Shown: positions 11,420 to 25,060 of the stretch, piece after piece | How the letters are laid out: each line of letters opens with the position of its first letter | Position numbering within the stretch: position 1 is the stretch's first letter | DNA from: Anolis carolinensis | Lineage: Eukaryota | Assembly: GCF_035594765.1 (NCBI RefSeq) | Contig: NC_085841.1 | Span: forward strand, 24,473,636 to 24,537,635 | DNA length: 64,000 nt | Direction: 5' to 3' | Made by a program: the position numbers and the translations under genes | Notes under the pieces: generated by a model | Databases searched by the model: none | What the model was told of the DNA's origin: nothing | What the model saw: the letters and a program-made list of their open reading frames with translations, nothing else

Positions 11420-12183
11420 TGTTGCACTCCAGGCCTGGAAACACCTATGACCACTGCACCACACAAGAATCCGGAATATAAGCAAACTATTTATTGTAAA
11501 AACAGATAAAAAGCATATGAATATCAGGAATAAGGAAGGAATAATAATCCAATAATCCAAATGTCTCATAAAGTTCCAAAGGTGACAAAGTCCAAAGAAC
11601 AGCCAGGAATTGCAAATACAGTATAAATCCACAATCAGGAAGATATAATTAGTGAGACTTGAGCAGGAGCACATGAACAGGAACATAGAAAACTTCCAGG
11701 ATATATTAAATCCAAAATCAAGGCTTGACTTGAACCATGAACAAGAGAATTCAGGTTTAGCTTCTCACTCTAACACAGCATTGTCTGAACTGTTCTTAGA
11801 GTAAACAACTAGTTGTTTAATAGACACCTATGAAAGCATTACATCTCCCATGTATTTTCTCCCCAACTTTCCCACATAATCTCTCAGCCCAGCATACTCT
11901 AGTTTCAGATATGATTTGTAAACAGATACTTTTGTTGATCTCCATAGCTACAGGCGGCTTCTCCTGGGAACCTTCCTTATCACTCAGCTCTTCACTGGAA
12001 TCCTTATCTACTATTGACTCCTCAGACTGGCCTTGAGGCCCTGCACTTTCTGAGCCAGCTTTCTCACAGAGAGAAGCATCATTTCCCAGACCTGAATTTC
12101 TCAGACTTGAAAGCCCATCACTTTTTGCTACAGGAAAGCCTACAATCCTCAGTTAAACCATCAGCCTCTGGCTATCTACAACA
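11420..12183 (-). mobile_element. Older Gypsy solo LTR (764 bp)
   Basis: TGTTG...CAACA termini, near-TSD GTGTG/ATGTG, minus-strand AATAAA near 11490, same layout as the other LTRs. Confidence 0.7.
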
Positions 12184-15100
12184 ATGTGTGCCATACATCA
12201 GATTTTTTTTCTAGCCATATGGCTGTGGCCACTCTGAATTCCTTTCTCCTATGGGGGTGCTGTGGTTTTTAACTTTGAATTTGTTTTAATGGTTTTTAAC
12301 TGGGATTTTAAAAATACTGCTTATATTTAATCCTGTTTTAATGTTCACAAATTGTATATTTTAAATGGTTATGCTGATGTGTTTAGGTTACGCCACTTTG
12401 AGTTTCCTTCGGGGGAGATAAAGCGAGGTATAAATATAATAATAATCATCATAATCATATAATCATACATATGTCCACATTTTATATGAATGCCTTGATA
12501 GGGCATTTGTAATCCATGGACTAAGCAGAATATACAAACCACAACAAAAAAGAAAACCTACTATAACTATTAGATACTTTTAATGAATTGTTAAAGTGAG
12601 AACATTAAGTTTTTTTATGTGACTCTTAAATCGAACAGGATTGATTTAGATGTGAGATGATGATTTCTGATCACTTCTACAGTTATCCACATCTACACTC
12701 ATCCACATTCATGGCATAGGAGCACAGGAGCCCTGTAAAAGTGAAACACATATTACAAAATTGCGAATTTTTATTTGAGAGAACATATTTCTTTGTAATT
12801 CCAGGTGTTTCAGCATGACTCTGTGGTCATCTTCTCTTGGAAACTGACCATAGAATCACACTTGAAGACCTAGAGAATTTTAGGGCCCTTCCATACAGCC
12901 ATATAAATCAGAATATCAAGGCAAATAACCCACAATATCTGCTTTGAACTGGATTATCTGAGTCCACACTGCCATATAATCTAGTGTAATGTGGACTTTA
13001 TAGAGCTGCGTGGAAAGGACCTTTGAAAGAACACTTGTCATCAAATACTGAAATAATCAAATCTGCTAAAGTCAAAACTACAAATATGGAGAGAGTGTAG
13101 ATTTTAAAGGTCTCCCTTATTAATCTAGTGATGGAATCTAAATCTGAACATTTTGTAAAGCATTAAAAACCAAGATATATTTCAATTAAAATATTTATTT
13201 CTATTTTTATAGAACTAATTGCTTCTTTAGATAAACTGCCAGTGGCTTACACAGTAAATGAACCATGGTGCAACATTTAGCAAGATAACCCAGAATATTT
13301 ACTGCAAAATTCCTAAACTTACTAGATATCAAGATTTGATCTTCCCAATTTAGGTTTATTCTGCATTTCCCAGCGTGAAAATGATGACTCTGAGAGAGCT
13401 ATTGGCAGCATTTTGGTTTATTGACATCTGGAAAGGCTCATGCCACAATAAATATGTTAGTCTTTAAGGTGCCAGAAGACTGTTATTTTAGCTACTAAAG
13501 CTAAGCCCATGAATGCAATAACAACAGCTGAAAGTCTTTAGAGTTTGCAGGTAATCTTTTCAAGTATCTTCAAAGGGGGAAACAAATTATGAATTAGGGG
13601 AAAATTATATGGCAGATGATTCACAAGGACAGCTTCAGCCAAGCCAAGCAAGGGCGCATCTACAAGCAGGAACAAGAGCACAAGCATCTATTTGGAGGTG
13701 CAAAGATGCTTCTTGGGAAGGGAAAAGAGAGTGGGTGGGGTTAGGAAAAGCAAAGGAGGAAAGTCCAAAGAAAGTGATTGTGGTAGTGAATGGATCTGAA
13801 CAATATAAATAAAGAAGCCATGGTACAAGAGACTAGCTATTATGTCTTCCACCCCACCTCCAAGGAGACACCTGTACATGTGCTTTTGTTGAGGGATGTC
13901 TGGTATGAGACTAAGCCATTCACATCAAAGTAACCTAAACAGAGCAATAAGTGATGTGAGGTGATGAGCCAGGATGACATAAGTCATTTGATATCCAGGG
14001 AGAAGGGATGGAAACATACCTGTGCAACAGGTAATTGGCTGGGACACAAACACACTTCGCCAGGAAGGGTCAAGGAGAAAGTGATAAGATTTAATGTGCT
14101 CAGATGGATTTTTTGTGTGTGGTTTATGCCCTGCAAGAATAGAATTTTTTTTATTTATTTTCGCCATAGAGCAATGAATGGAAGTAAATTAGGCACTAGA
14201 ATCAGAACATCATCTGCACATCATTTTTATAAGAATTTGCCTTCAAACTGTCAAACAGTTTACACTTTAAACTTTTTGTCCAAACTCTCTCCGATGGATC
14301 TATCTGTCACTAAGATTATGTGCCCATTTTTATCATATGCTCTTTAATCTATTCATCTTCCATTTCCATTCCCGACAACATTTTAACAATCAGATGGCCA
14401 TCATGAGAACAAAGCTGGACTTCAAATTCAGCTTTCAGGATTTTGAAACCATAAAATGGGCAAAACTAAAAAAAAAAAATCTGAAAAAATCCAGGTTTCC
14501 TAAAGCCAGAATAACAAACTGCTTTGAAACTTGCAAGAATGAGGAAGAATGTGGAATAATGGGTTCATTAGTTATTTTTTGGGACCACAACTTCCAGAAT
14601 GCTCTATCCATCATGACCTTTTGTGGGAAAATGTTGCTGTTTGTAAAGTTCCAGACTGTGAAAAATCATCCAAAATCATTCTTAAAAACTCTCTAATCTT
14701 GCCTAAGGAAAAAACCACATGGGCCATCTAATCCAACCCCCTGCCATGCAGGAAAAGTACCCCAACCAATGACCTGACAGATCATTTATTTTTGCATGAG
14801 AGGACAAAAAAGTGAAGACTTCCACCACCATTCAGCAGTATCAGCCATGGCAGTCACATGTACTTACGTATTCTGTGGTATGTGAACAATTTTCTGTTAC
14901 CTATGATTGCAGTTATAGATCAGAAGATCCTCTTCCTCAGACCTTTCAAGCAGAAAATGGAGCTATTTAGGATGCAAGAATAAGTAGGGATGGAATTTGC
15001 ATCTCTCTACAGAAATAGCAATTTTGTACCTTTCATTACTGGCAAATGGACAAAGTGCACATTATGCTGGAAATCAGATGCCTGCAATGAATCTTGGAGA

Positions 15101-15390
15101 AAATATCTACAATTTTTGGAATAGTGTAAAATATACCGTAGTGAATGGTGTACAAAATGTATACTTCATTGAAAACATGTAAGGAAAAGTGTTTATTTTC
15201 AGGGGAAACTTGCATCGATATCCATGAGGGAAGGCGAAAAAGCTCCCTTGCAGAATGATGTAAACATGGGATGCAGGAGAATGCTTGTGCAATACTGGGA
15301 AAGGAAATGAGAATTAGACTTTTGGATATTACACTTTCATCTTTTTGAGGAATGGGGGAACCATTTATTTCTGTACACAATGTCTTAACA

Positions 15391-15525
15391 CAGTGGTTCT
15401 CAACCTGTGGGTCCCCAGGTGTTTTGGCTTACAACTCCCAGAAATCCCAACCAGTTTACCAACTGTTAGGATTTGTGGGAGTTGAAGGCCAACACATCTG
15501 GGGACTCACAGGTTGGGAACCACTG
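15391..15525. mobile_element. ~135-bp hAT MITE
   Basis: CAGTGGTT...AACCACTG TIRs, TSD TCTTAACA/TTTTAACA; further copies near 18114-18248, 23794-23890 and 24926-25060. Confidence 0.8.
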
Positions 15526-15563
15526 TTTTAACAGTTTTATCCTTTTACAAGGAGTGCTGTGTA

Positions 15564-16099
15564 CCGGCCTGAGGAAATTTAAAGGGGAACGCAAAAAGTT
15601 TTTTTGCGCCCCCTCCCCCGTGCCACGGGAGTCGTGGCCAGGACGGGCCCCACCTCCCGCACCCTAACCCCGCCTCTTGCGCCGGGCGGCCACGCCTCCT
15701 ATGGCTCGGGCGGCGCGGGAGGCAGGGCCAGGGCGCGGGCGGTGTGGGAGGCGGGGCCAGACATGGCCCCACCTCCCATGGTACGCGTCCTGGCTCAGCC
15801 AGGCTGCGGCGGGAGTTCTTCCAGGCCGCAGCCTGAAAGGACTCCTGCCGCAGCAGGCACGCGTTGTGGGAGGCGTGGCCGGTCCCGCCTCCCATGGGGC
15901 GCGCCCTGCTCGGGCGGCCAGGCTGCGTGCAGCGGGTGTCCTTCCAGGCCGCAGCCTTCGTCACGGCCTGGAAGGACGGCCACCACATGCAGCCTGGCTG
16001 CGCCAGGGCACGCCCCTGGGAAGGTGGCTCAATAGCACCCCTGGGAAGGTGGCGCCCAACGCGGGGGCGTGGTCAGCGTGCTGTGTTGGGCCGGGCCTG
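15564..16099. mobile_element. GC/CpG-rich non-autonomous hAT-like insertion
   Basis: Flanked by the direct repeat GCTGTGTA(C), ends in GGCCTG, abrupt change in composition, internal direct and inverted repeats. Confidence 0.7.
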
Positions 16100-17534
16100 G
16101 CTGTGTACCTAGAGAAGCAGTACATACACAATGCCTAAAACTTCCCGCCTGATTGTGGAGGAAGCTAGCTTGATTTCTGTTGCTCCAGAGGCTAAGAGCG
16201 ATGAAAAGAGATGATGATGATGATGATAATAATAATATACAAATTTATTTTTATTTCACCCTATCTCTACCTAAACATTGTGAAGAACTTACAGACAATA
16301 TGAACTGTATGACAGTGCAATATGCTGCCTCGAAGTGTGGGGGAGCCTCCTTTCCTACAGTTTAAAAACAGAAGCTGGATAGCCATCTGTTGGGAGTGCT
16401 TTGACTGTATTCTTGCATGGGGGCTTGGACTCTTGTGGTCTGTTCAAATTCTATGATTCTATGATAAAAAAAATTGAGAACTGAATCAATGTGCTACTCA
16501 GCAGACCTGAGTCTTCCCAAGCAGAGGGAGAGCTTTGCTTGTAAGAAGAGCCACCTGCTAGCCTTACATTGAAGCCAATGTGGAAAATCCACTGGCAAAG
16601 AGGTTTTGAGTGCATCTTCAACCCACTTACTTGGCTCTCTGGCTTGTTGAGGTGATTGTGTTCTCAAAATCAATGTGGGAGATGGTTACAAAATATCTCT
16701 GTGTGGCTGAATGCCCAAGTATCTATGGCATCTCAGTATGATATGAAAGCAAGATGCCAGAAGGTCAGCATTTGTCATGTGCTAAAGAGATAAGAGCTTT
16801 ATTACTTTTTTATCTCTTGCACCCCAATTAACATGCAAATACTTTGTCCCCAAAGAAACCAGGGCCATCATCAAACCTCTAACTGCATAATTATCCCTGT
16901 TTCTAATTTCACATTATCTGGCTGGGATGGTAGGAATTTGGGCAGGGAGCCAAATCTTTTCTCTTTTATATCCTCCCCGTGTCAGTTGCCTAAGGTGCCT
17001 TGCTGTCTCAATTCTAAACATAATGGAGGCGTGGGGTCTCCAGTATCATATATTTGGAATTTATTTTCTCAGATGCTATGTGTCTGAATATAATCCTTTG
17101 GCAAGAAAGCTGGATCCTGTGTGTGGTGCTAGTGTGTGGCACTGAGTCTCTGATCATTTAGTTTCAGGCAAGGCACACAGGGTGACAATGCTTTGAGCTG
17201 AGTTCCTGTATTGTCATATCTAAATCGCGAAGGTCACCTCAGGGATTGCCAGCATGTTAATTATGTCAAAAGAAGGAAGCTGTTGACTGATTTCATATTG
17301 TCAACAGAGATGAAAATATGTGCTAGTTAGACAGTGACAAATGGAAGGACAACCCTGCACAGTGCTGCTCATTTCATGAAATGATGCGAAAATAAGACCT
17401 TATCAAGGATGTCATGATGGTATGGGTTAGCTCTTGCTCTCTATAATAATCTCTTCTACCCTCATATTAGTTTTTATGTACCGGATATTCAAAGCCCAAA
17501 TCAAGGGGTAGTAGTGAATTTCCACTTGAATAGT

Positions 17535-17742
17535 CTACCACTGTGGATATCAGACATAAATTTAGTCTGGATATCATGTGCGATTTGACAGGTGTAGAGG
17601 GCATCGTCTTTGAAGAAATATAAAGTGCGATGGTGGTGGGAGTGTGGAGGGATGGGTGTGTTGTTTTGTGATGTGTGCTAGGGAAAGCATTCAATTTCGT
17701 TGTACAGTGTACAATGACAATAACGTTATTCTATTATATTCT
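17535..17742 (+). mobile_element. Rex1/Babar-like LINE 3' end
   Basis: Terminal AATTTCGTTGTAC...AATGACAATAA..(TATTC)n motif. Confidence 0.5.
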
Positions 17743-19778
17743 TACCCCAGCGATGACATTGAAAACTAAGATTTTATATCAGAGGCAATCCAGATCAAGC
17801 TTCTGAATGAGGTGTAGATTCTACAAGCTGTTTAGATTATGATCAGTGTATATCTTGAGGATAAATGAGAGCGGGGGGGGGGGGGGGGAGGTAGAGGAAT
17901 AAATAGGTGTGTGAAAAGTTGTCTTATATAATAAAGGACCTTATTGTTGCCATGCAATTTACATAGAACTGGAATAAATATTGGAGATCAGGTAAACCAA
18001 TTATCTAACACTGGTCTACCTGGTGTTTTGGACTTCAGCTCCCAGAATCCCTGATCAATGGCCAAGGCTGAAGTTTCTAGGAGTTGAAGTCCAAAACAAC
18101 TGGAGGACAAGAGCAGTGGTTCTCAGCCTGGGGTCCCCAGATGTTTTTGGCCTTCAACTCCCAGAAATCCTAACAGCTGGTAAACTGGCTGGGATTTCTG
18201 GGAGTTGTAAGCCAAAAAGATCTGGGGACTCCAGGTTGAGAACTACTGGACTAGAATTTAGAAATACACCCAAAGATCAGTGGGTGTGTGACCACCTAGA
18301 ACTTGTTCTCTTTGGCAAAGGAGTTGAGGCATTTCCACTGATCTAATCCCCTCACAGCTCTTTTATCTAAGTTTTGATAGTGCAGGGATGGGCAGGAAAC
18401 TATTATAGGGGCATCACTTCAGTTTTCCCCTTCAATTTTGTTAGCAGAAAGATCTCATTGCATTTCACCCTCATATCAGCTTGTGGAATATGTGCCTCAA
18501 ACACAGAACAGAAACATTAAAAAATAAATAGATAAATCTTGATCTACAAAGGATAGATATATTGAGAATCCTGCTGTTGTTGTGTGCCTTCAGATAATTT
18601 CTAATTTATGATGACTTTAAGGCAAACCTATCATGGGTTTCTCTGGGTTTGAAAGTGTGTGACTCACCTAAGTTCATCACTGGCTTTTCATAGCCAAGTG
18701 GGGAATCAGACACTAGTCTCCAGAATTATAGTCCAACACTCAAAGCACTATGCCATGCTGGTTTTCAAGAATTCGTTGAAAATTCAAGTTGTGTACCTTC
18801 AAGTCATTTCCAACTTATGGTGACCCTAAGGTGAACCTATCACAGGATTTTCTGGGGCAGGAAGTGTGTGACTTCTCCAGAATCACTCAATAGGATTCCA
18901 TGGCTGAGTGTGGAATTGAATCCTGGTCTCCACACTTGTCATCCAAGATTCAAACTACTACACCTTGATGGGCTTCTTGAGAATTGAAATATGTGAATAT
19001 ACTTGGCTATGTGGAGTCTGAAGTTGCCAATACTGCTTTTATGTGAATAACATTTTGCCCGTGTCTTTTGGCTGAAGATAGACTTGAGGAATGTCCTGTA
19101 GCTGTCTGAAATACAATACTGTACTTCCTTCCTGACAGGATTAGAGTCATATTGTCAATATCATGTCAATGTGAAATGGAAACAGCCTTGTTTACAAAAT
19201 TAACAAATGGACTTCAAGTTAAACATTGGGCAATTTGTGAGACTGTGTTGACCACTCTCAGGGGATTGCTTGGAGGTGGAAGCTCTGTTTTTCTTTCTGG
19301 ATTGACTTACATTAACACCGTGTCATTTTAAATTGTTTTTCTTGAGAAAATATACCAGCATCATCATTTCATTACACTGAGTGCTCTTTTTGCCATCCAC
19401 ACACGCATGCTTTCATTTAAACAGAGGAAAAATACAGTTAATATATTAAGAATCATAGGCAACACACAATACATTTCAAAAATGTTTTTGGAATTTTAAA
19501 AATAAGGAAGAACAGCAACACAGCATTAATATCTTGTGTCGCAGTCAGCAGGTAACCCAGGAACCAGGTACTGACTAGTTCATATAGGGCATCTAGCAGG
19601 TTGAAGGCAGGAACAGCAGAGTGGTTGCTGACCAGTCCAGAAGTTTTCAGCAAAAAGAAACAAAGTTTTTATAATTGATATTTTAACTATTTGCTTTTAA
19701 CTGTAATTGTTTTATAATTGTTGTGTTTGGCATCTAATGATTGCCGGTTGTGAGGCCACTCTGAAACCCTCCCCTCCT

Positions 19779-19819
<41 letters not shown>

Positions 19820-20444
19820 AAGGACGGGATACAAATTTATGAAATGAATAAAGAAATAAATAGGCAAAATGTTTTGGAATACCTTTCAAAGGATGTAAGT
19901 GTACACTTATGTTTGCTCAGGTACTTAAAATTGAAGGTGTATATCAGTTACACATGTATAAATTGACCTCTTTATATGTCAAGGGCAGGTATTGGGACCA
20001 AAATTAAGAATTTTTATATGACCCAAGGGTAAGTTGAGAGAAAGGGAAAGCGCCAATGTCAACTCAGGACCCAGCCAACCCTGGCCACTGATGCTGTTTC
20101 CCCACCAAAAAGTCAGAAGCCGGTGCCACAGCAGAACAGCAGAGAGGGTTGGTGCTTCTTTTACGTTCTTCCGGGATGGACTAAGCTCTTGCCTATTGCC
20201 ACTTTACTCAGAGAAGGGGATGGTTACTTGAAAAAAAAGAGTTAAGGTATAGTACTCATATTGGCTCATGGATAAATTAACACAGATTTTGGGGTTAATT
20301 TTTTGACTGAAATTTCTACTTATACATGAGTATAACAAAGAAATGTAGCTCAAGAATGAGAACAGTCTTCCTTTAAGGCACAGGTATGAAGAAGCATCAG
20401 TTAGGTCTACATTTCAGCCTATATGGAAAAAAGGCAGCCTCTCA

Positions 20445-20594
20445 GGCTCCTTCCACACAGCTGAATAAAATCCTACATTATCTGCTTTGAACTGGAATAT
20501 ATGGCAGTGTAGGCGCAGATAACCCAGTTCAAAGCAGATATTGTGGGATTTTCTGCCTTGATATTCTGGGTTATATGGCTGTGTGGAAGGGCCC
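20445..20594. mobile_element. PIF/Harbinger-type MITE
   Basis: CCTTCCACACAG TIRs with 3-bp TCA flanks; related copies near 12883-13021 and 28214-28462 (TAA flanks). Confidence 0.65.
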
Positions 20595-21744
20595 TCAGAG
20601 AACCTGATCAATCTGAGCAGTGGAGATCTTTATAAGCTGAAAATGTGATTTATTCAAGAACAGTTTTACATATTTTTATTTATTTATTTACAGTATTTAT
20701 ATTCCGCCCTTCTCACCCCGAAGGGGACTCACATTGCACATATAAGGCAAACATTCAATGCCATAACATAGAACAGAGACGGAGACAGACGCAGGCACGG
20801 GCGGGCCTCAAACTCATGACCTCTTGGTCAGAGTGATTTGTTGCAGTTGACTGCTAATCAGCCTGCGCCACAGCCCACCAACTGTCCTGATTTGGCAGGA
20901 TAGTTCAAGTCATTGCTCCCTTTTTCCAGTTGCTTTTTGTATGTCCCAGTTTCTTTCCCACCCTCCTCTTATTCCTTCAGTTCCTGCTAACTGAGTAAAA
21001 AGTGCAAGAGTAGTTCATACTCAATTAACCCAGTAGGGGAGAGGGGAAAGGGGCTGAAGTAAGTTGAGGAAAAGGGGGAAAGTGGTAGTAGGAGAAAGAA
21101 ACTGGGACATTCCTGTTTAATGGAGACAGTTGGGAAACTGTGTATTCTGCTAGTTTTTGTCACTCATCTTCCACTCTTTTATGTCTGCATCACACGTTTT
21201 TAAGCAGCAATCTATCAGCATCTTGAGAGAGTTTCTGTGAAAGATCATGTAGTGTCTAGAAAACAGATCTGTCAGACAGGCTTGTCTTGTACACATATTT
21301 TGTTATTAACTATGTTCAGGCATGACTTTTGGCAGGGTTGATTCACAGCTCTCTTGAACTTTACTTGACACCTTTAGTGGCACGTAATATATCTGAGATG
21401 CAATCCTTCCAAAGGATTTAATTTTTTTCTTTCTTTTATTATGAGCTCAAGCTTCCCCTTTGTAAAGGACTTTGCTGCTTAATTATTATAGCAAATGGAG
21501 AAAATGTTCTGGGCTGTAGGAGTTCTGGCCTCGCCTGCGGTTTTAGTTAACTGTACAATGTTGGCAAGTTTGGAATGTGTTGCTGTAGAGTTATGGCAAG
21601 TGATGCCATGCCTCTGAAACAGGAAATACCTTGAGGTCCAGCTTTGTTGTATGGTTGCCAACCAGCCAAGAAAATACTGGATGGGCTAGTGGTAAAAAGA
21701 AAAGAGTGTGATGCTGTTTTTGTATCACATTATATAATATACTC

Positions 21745-22225
21745 ATAAGAATTGTATTCAAGCATGAACAGAGCCTGGTTAAAAGGTCAGTGTCCAGATA
21801 GAAGGAAGTCATAGTATCACTTTATTCTGCTTTGGTCAGAACTGATCTGGAAAACTGTGTTTAGGTCTGGCCACCAGAGTTCACGAAGGATATTGATAAA
21901 CTGGAACTTGTCCAGAGGAAGACTACCAAGATAGTAAAAGTCTGGGAATGAAGATCTATGAGGAGAACCTTAGGGAACTGTGTGTGTTGAGCTTGAAAAA
22001 GAGAAGACAGAGAGGTGAGATGATAGTCATCTTCATATATATCTGAATAGATGATGAGGCGAGCTGCTGCAGACACAAGTTGAGCCAATGAATTCAGACT
22101 GAAAGAAGAGATTGCATCTAAACATTAGAAAGAACTTCCTGACATTAAGAACTCTTTGACAGTATACTAGACTTCCTTGGAAAGTGGTGTACTCTTTTTC
22201 ATTGAGATCTTTAAACATTCAGTAG
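21745..22225 (+). mobile_element. Degraded CR1 3' region
   Basis: EVIVSLYSALVR..LE.CV..W...DIDKLE.VQR remnants. Confidence 0.75.
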
Positions 22226-24925
22226 CCATTGCACTATTGAGAGAAAACTGGTACATAAGTTGGTATTGGATACCCATTGAAACACTGGAAAAAATTGTTT
22301 TGCTACAGTGAACTCCAGTAACACTTGCATAAGCCAGAAGAGCATCCCAGTCTGTAATTCTGCCTGGGAAGGTTGGGTTTGGGATTAGTCTTGGGCCCGG
22401 ATCAGTTTAACCAAAAGTGATTTGTAATATTTGGTAGTCCATTTCATGTAATTTCCCAAAAACAGAACAGGGAGGAGGGAACTTGCTTACCCAGCATCAC
22501 TTGCATGGGATGGGTATTAAAAAGTCTGAGTTCCTGTCACAGCATGATGGGAGTTGAAGTTTTTTTAAAAATAAATAAATAACTTTATTTATATTCCACC
22601 CTATCTCCCCGAGGGGACTTTTTCTCTCAGTTTCTCAGCCAATAAAAGGCCTGGTTGTGTCCATGCTCTGACTGGCTAAGAATGGACACAACCGGTGACT
22701 ACAATTCCCAGAACCGTCTCTTGCGGTTTGTCTTACTTTAAAAAATGTTGAGGTAAAAACTTCTAGAAAATCAGCAGAATGATGAATTGTTCTGAAATTT
22801 GGCAGGCCCACAGTTGTAAATGGGGTCTAAAACCGAGGTAGGTTTCATGCAGATAGGCCTTAAAATTATTGAGAATTGAGCCTTTAAAATTTCCTATTGT
22901 GACCAAAGGGGCAAATCTTTGCCAAATTAAAATGGCAATGCTCCTCCCGATTTGAGTAATTTCCCGGTAAGCAGAAGTGGTTAGTCAAAAATGGACCCTG
23001 AAATAGCACGCCTTTTGGCTGATTTGCACAAGCCTATTTGGGATGTATATGTATGTGTTTGTGTACACATCTGAAAACAGCAAAGAGAAATAGAATCTCA
23101 CCTGACTTGAAACAATTTTCAGGATTAGTAAATGGAATATGTGAATTCTGTGGGTTATCAGAATCACATCTGTGTTTTCTGAGTACAACCTGGATTTATT
23201 AGCATTGCATATTATCAAGAATACAGGTTTTAACCCTCTGCCACCATAATGGCTTCCTGAGATTATGAAGGATTTGCCTCTTAAGACCTTAGACCAGATG
23301 TCACTTAACATCTATCTAGGCCTGATCTTGTAAAGGCTTACCTTCTTGGCCCAAAGTCAACAAAGGCTAGATGTTGCCTGACTAATATAGGTAAAAATAT
23401 CATATATTTTTACATATGCATACCACAAATTGGTATCATAAAATTTTATTTCAGTGGCTTAGAACTAAAATGACATATAAGCTAATACATTCTGCTTATA
23501 TATTTATGAGAGAGAGGATATGAATGAATATGAATGTCAGTGATTCAAATACATATTGCCCAAACTGTGTGGGATTCTTCTTTATATCCCACCAAGAGAA
23601 GTAATACAGATAGTTGCTCATGGTGAGCCCCATGTTAATGGCATGGGGAATATATCCATGGATTCATAGAGTTGGTTGAATGGCTGGATGGCCATCTGTC
23701 AGGCGTGCTTTAATTGTGTGTTCCTAAGCAGCATGGAGTGACACTGGATAGCCCTTGGAATTTCTTCCTACACTATAATTCAATATTGGCTAGTGCAGTC
23801 CTCCTCAACCTGTGGGCCCCCAGATGTTTTGGCCTTCAACTCCCAGAAATCCTAACAGCTGATAAATTAGCTGGGATTTTTGAGAGTTATAGTGAGTAGA
23901 TCTTAGTAGATGCTAACTATTTGAGCCCTTGGCTGTTGTGTCTGTTGCTGTTGTTATTACTGCCTAAGGTTAAAGCAATACAGTCTTGTCTCATCTTACA
24001 AGAAAAATGCATACATCTCTGTCCCAAAATACATGACTAGTGTAGTGAGTATGCAGTTCTGCAAAACAGACATTTGTTAGGTGCTTTGAAATAGTACATT
24101 TGATGAGAAGACTGTCATCACATGCCTATAAAAACAGACAGTGCTGAAAGTTGCAGAACTTTTTATTTCTTTAAATCAAAGAAGTTTATTTGCCCAAAGT
24201 GATGTAGCTTTGGCCATGTGCATAATTGAAAGATTATTGCTCAGTTCTGCCAAGCTGCGCCAACTGCCGCTCACTAACATTTCTTTCAGACAAGCAAATT
24301 TCCCTCCCTTCTGTTTCATCCCCCTTCCTTTCCTTGTTTGTTCAGCCATATCAGCCTTCACTCCCTGTTTAATCCCCCCACTCCAAACAAGTACAAATGG
24401 TGAGAGGTGATAAGAGACGTGGGGTCCCCTTCAGGTTCTACAGCTGAGAAGTTTATTGATAGATTTATTATGAGGTACTTTGTGCACCTTTGGAAATAAT
24501 ATTTAAACAAACTGCCAGCTTTCTTTTTGAAACTGAAACAGAAAGTTTGGGAATTTATTGAGAGATCCTCCAAGCTCTCTCTCGGTTGAAAAGTACAAGC
24601 TGGCAAAGAGGTGTTCAGTCCCTATCAATATCAAGCTGGCAACCCCAACCTCATTTCATATGGCCCTCCTTGTCATCTGGTGTTTGAGTTGCAGCAGTTG
24701 CCTCTTGACTTCCATCCCACACCCTTGAAACCTTCTTCTACTTCATGTAGATATGTGGAAGAGATGAAGAATAGCAAAACAAAAGAGGTGATGGAGAATG
24801 AAGGCCATGCTATCTTGCAGTGCTGAACCTTAATTCATTTGTAAAATTTATAGCTCATTTTTCCTGCAATGAGGGCAAGGTGGAGTATATGGCTTTCTCC
24901 CCCCCCCCCCATTTGCTACTTAGAA

Positions 24926-25060
24926 CAGTGGTTCTCAATCTGTGGGTCTCCAGGTGTTTTGGCCTACTACTCCCAGAAACCCCAGCCAGTTTACCAGCTG
25001 TTAGGATTTCTAGGAGTTGAAGGCCAAAACATCTGGGGACCTACAGGATGAGAACCACTG
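24926..25060. mobile_element. hAT MITE
   Basis: CAGTGGTTCTCA TIRs, perfect 8-bp TSD ACTTAGAA. Confidence 0.88.

Noticed and set aside
23990-24620. Possible conserved non-coding elements in repeat-free stretches (also about 35480-36540 and 51000-52070)
   Set aside because: Conservation cannot be judged without cross-species alignment.
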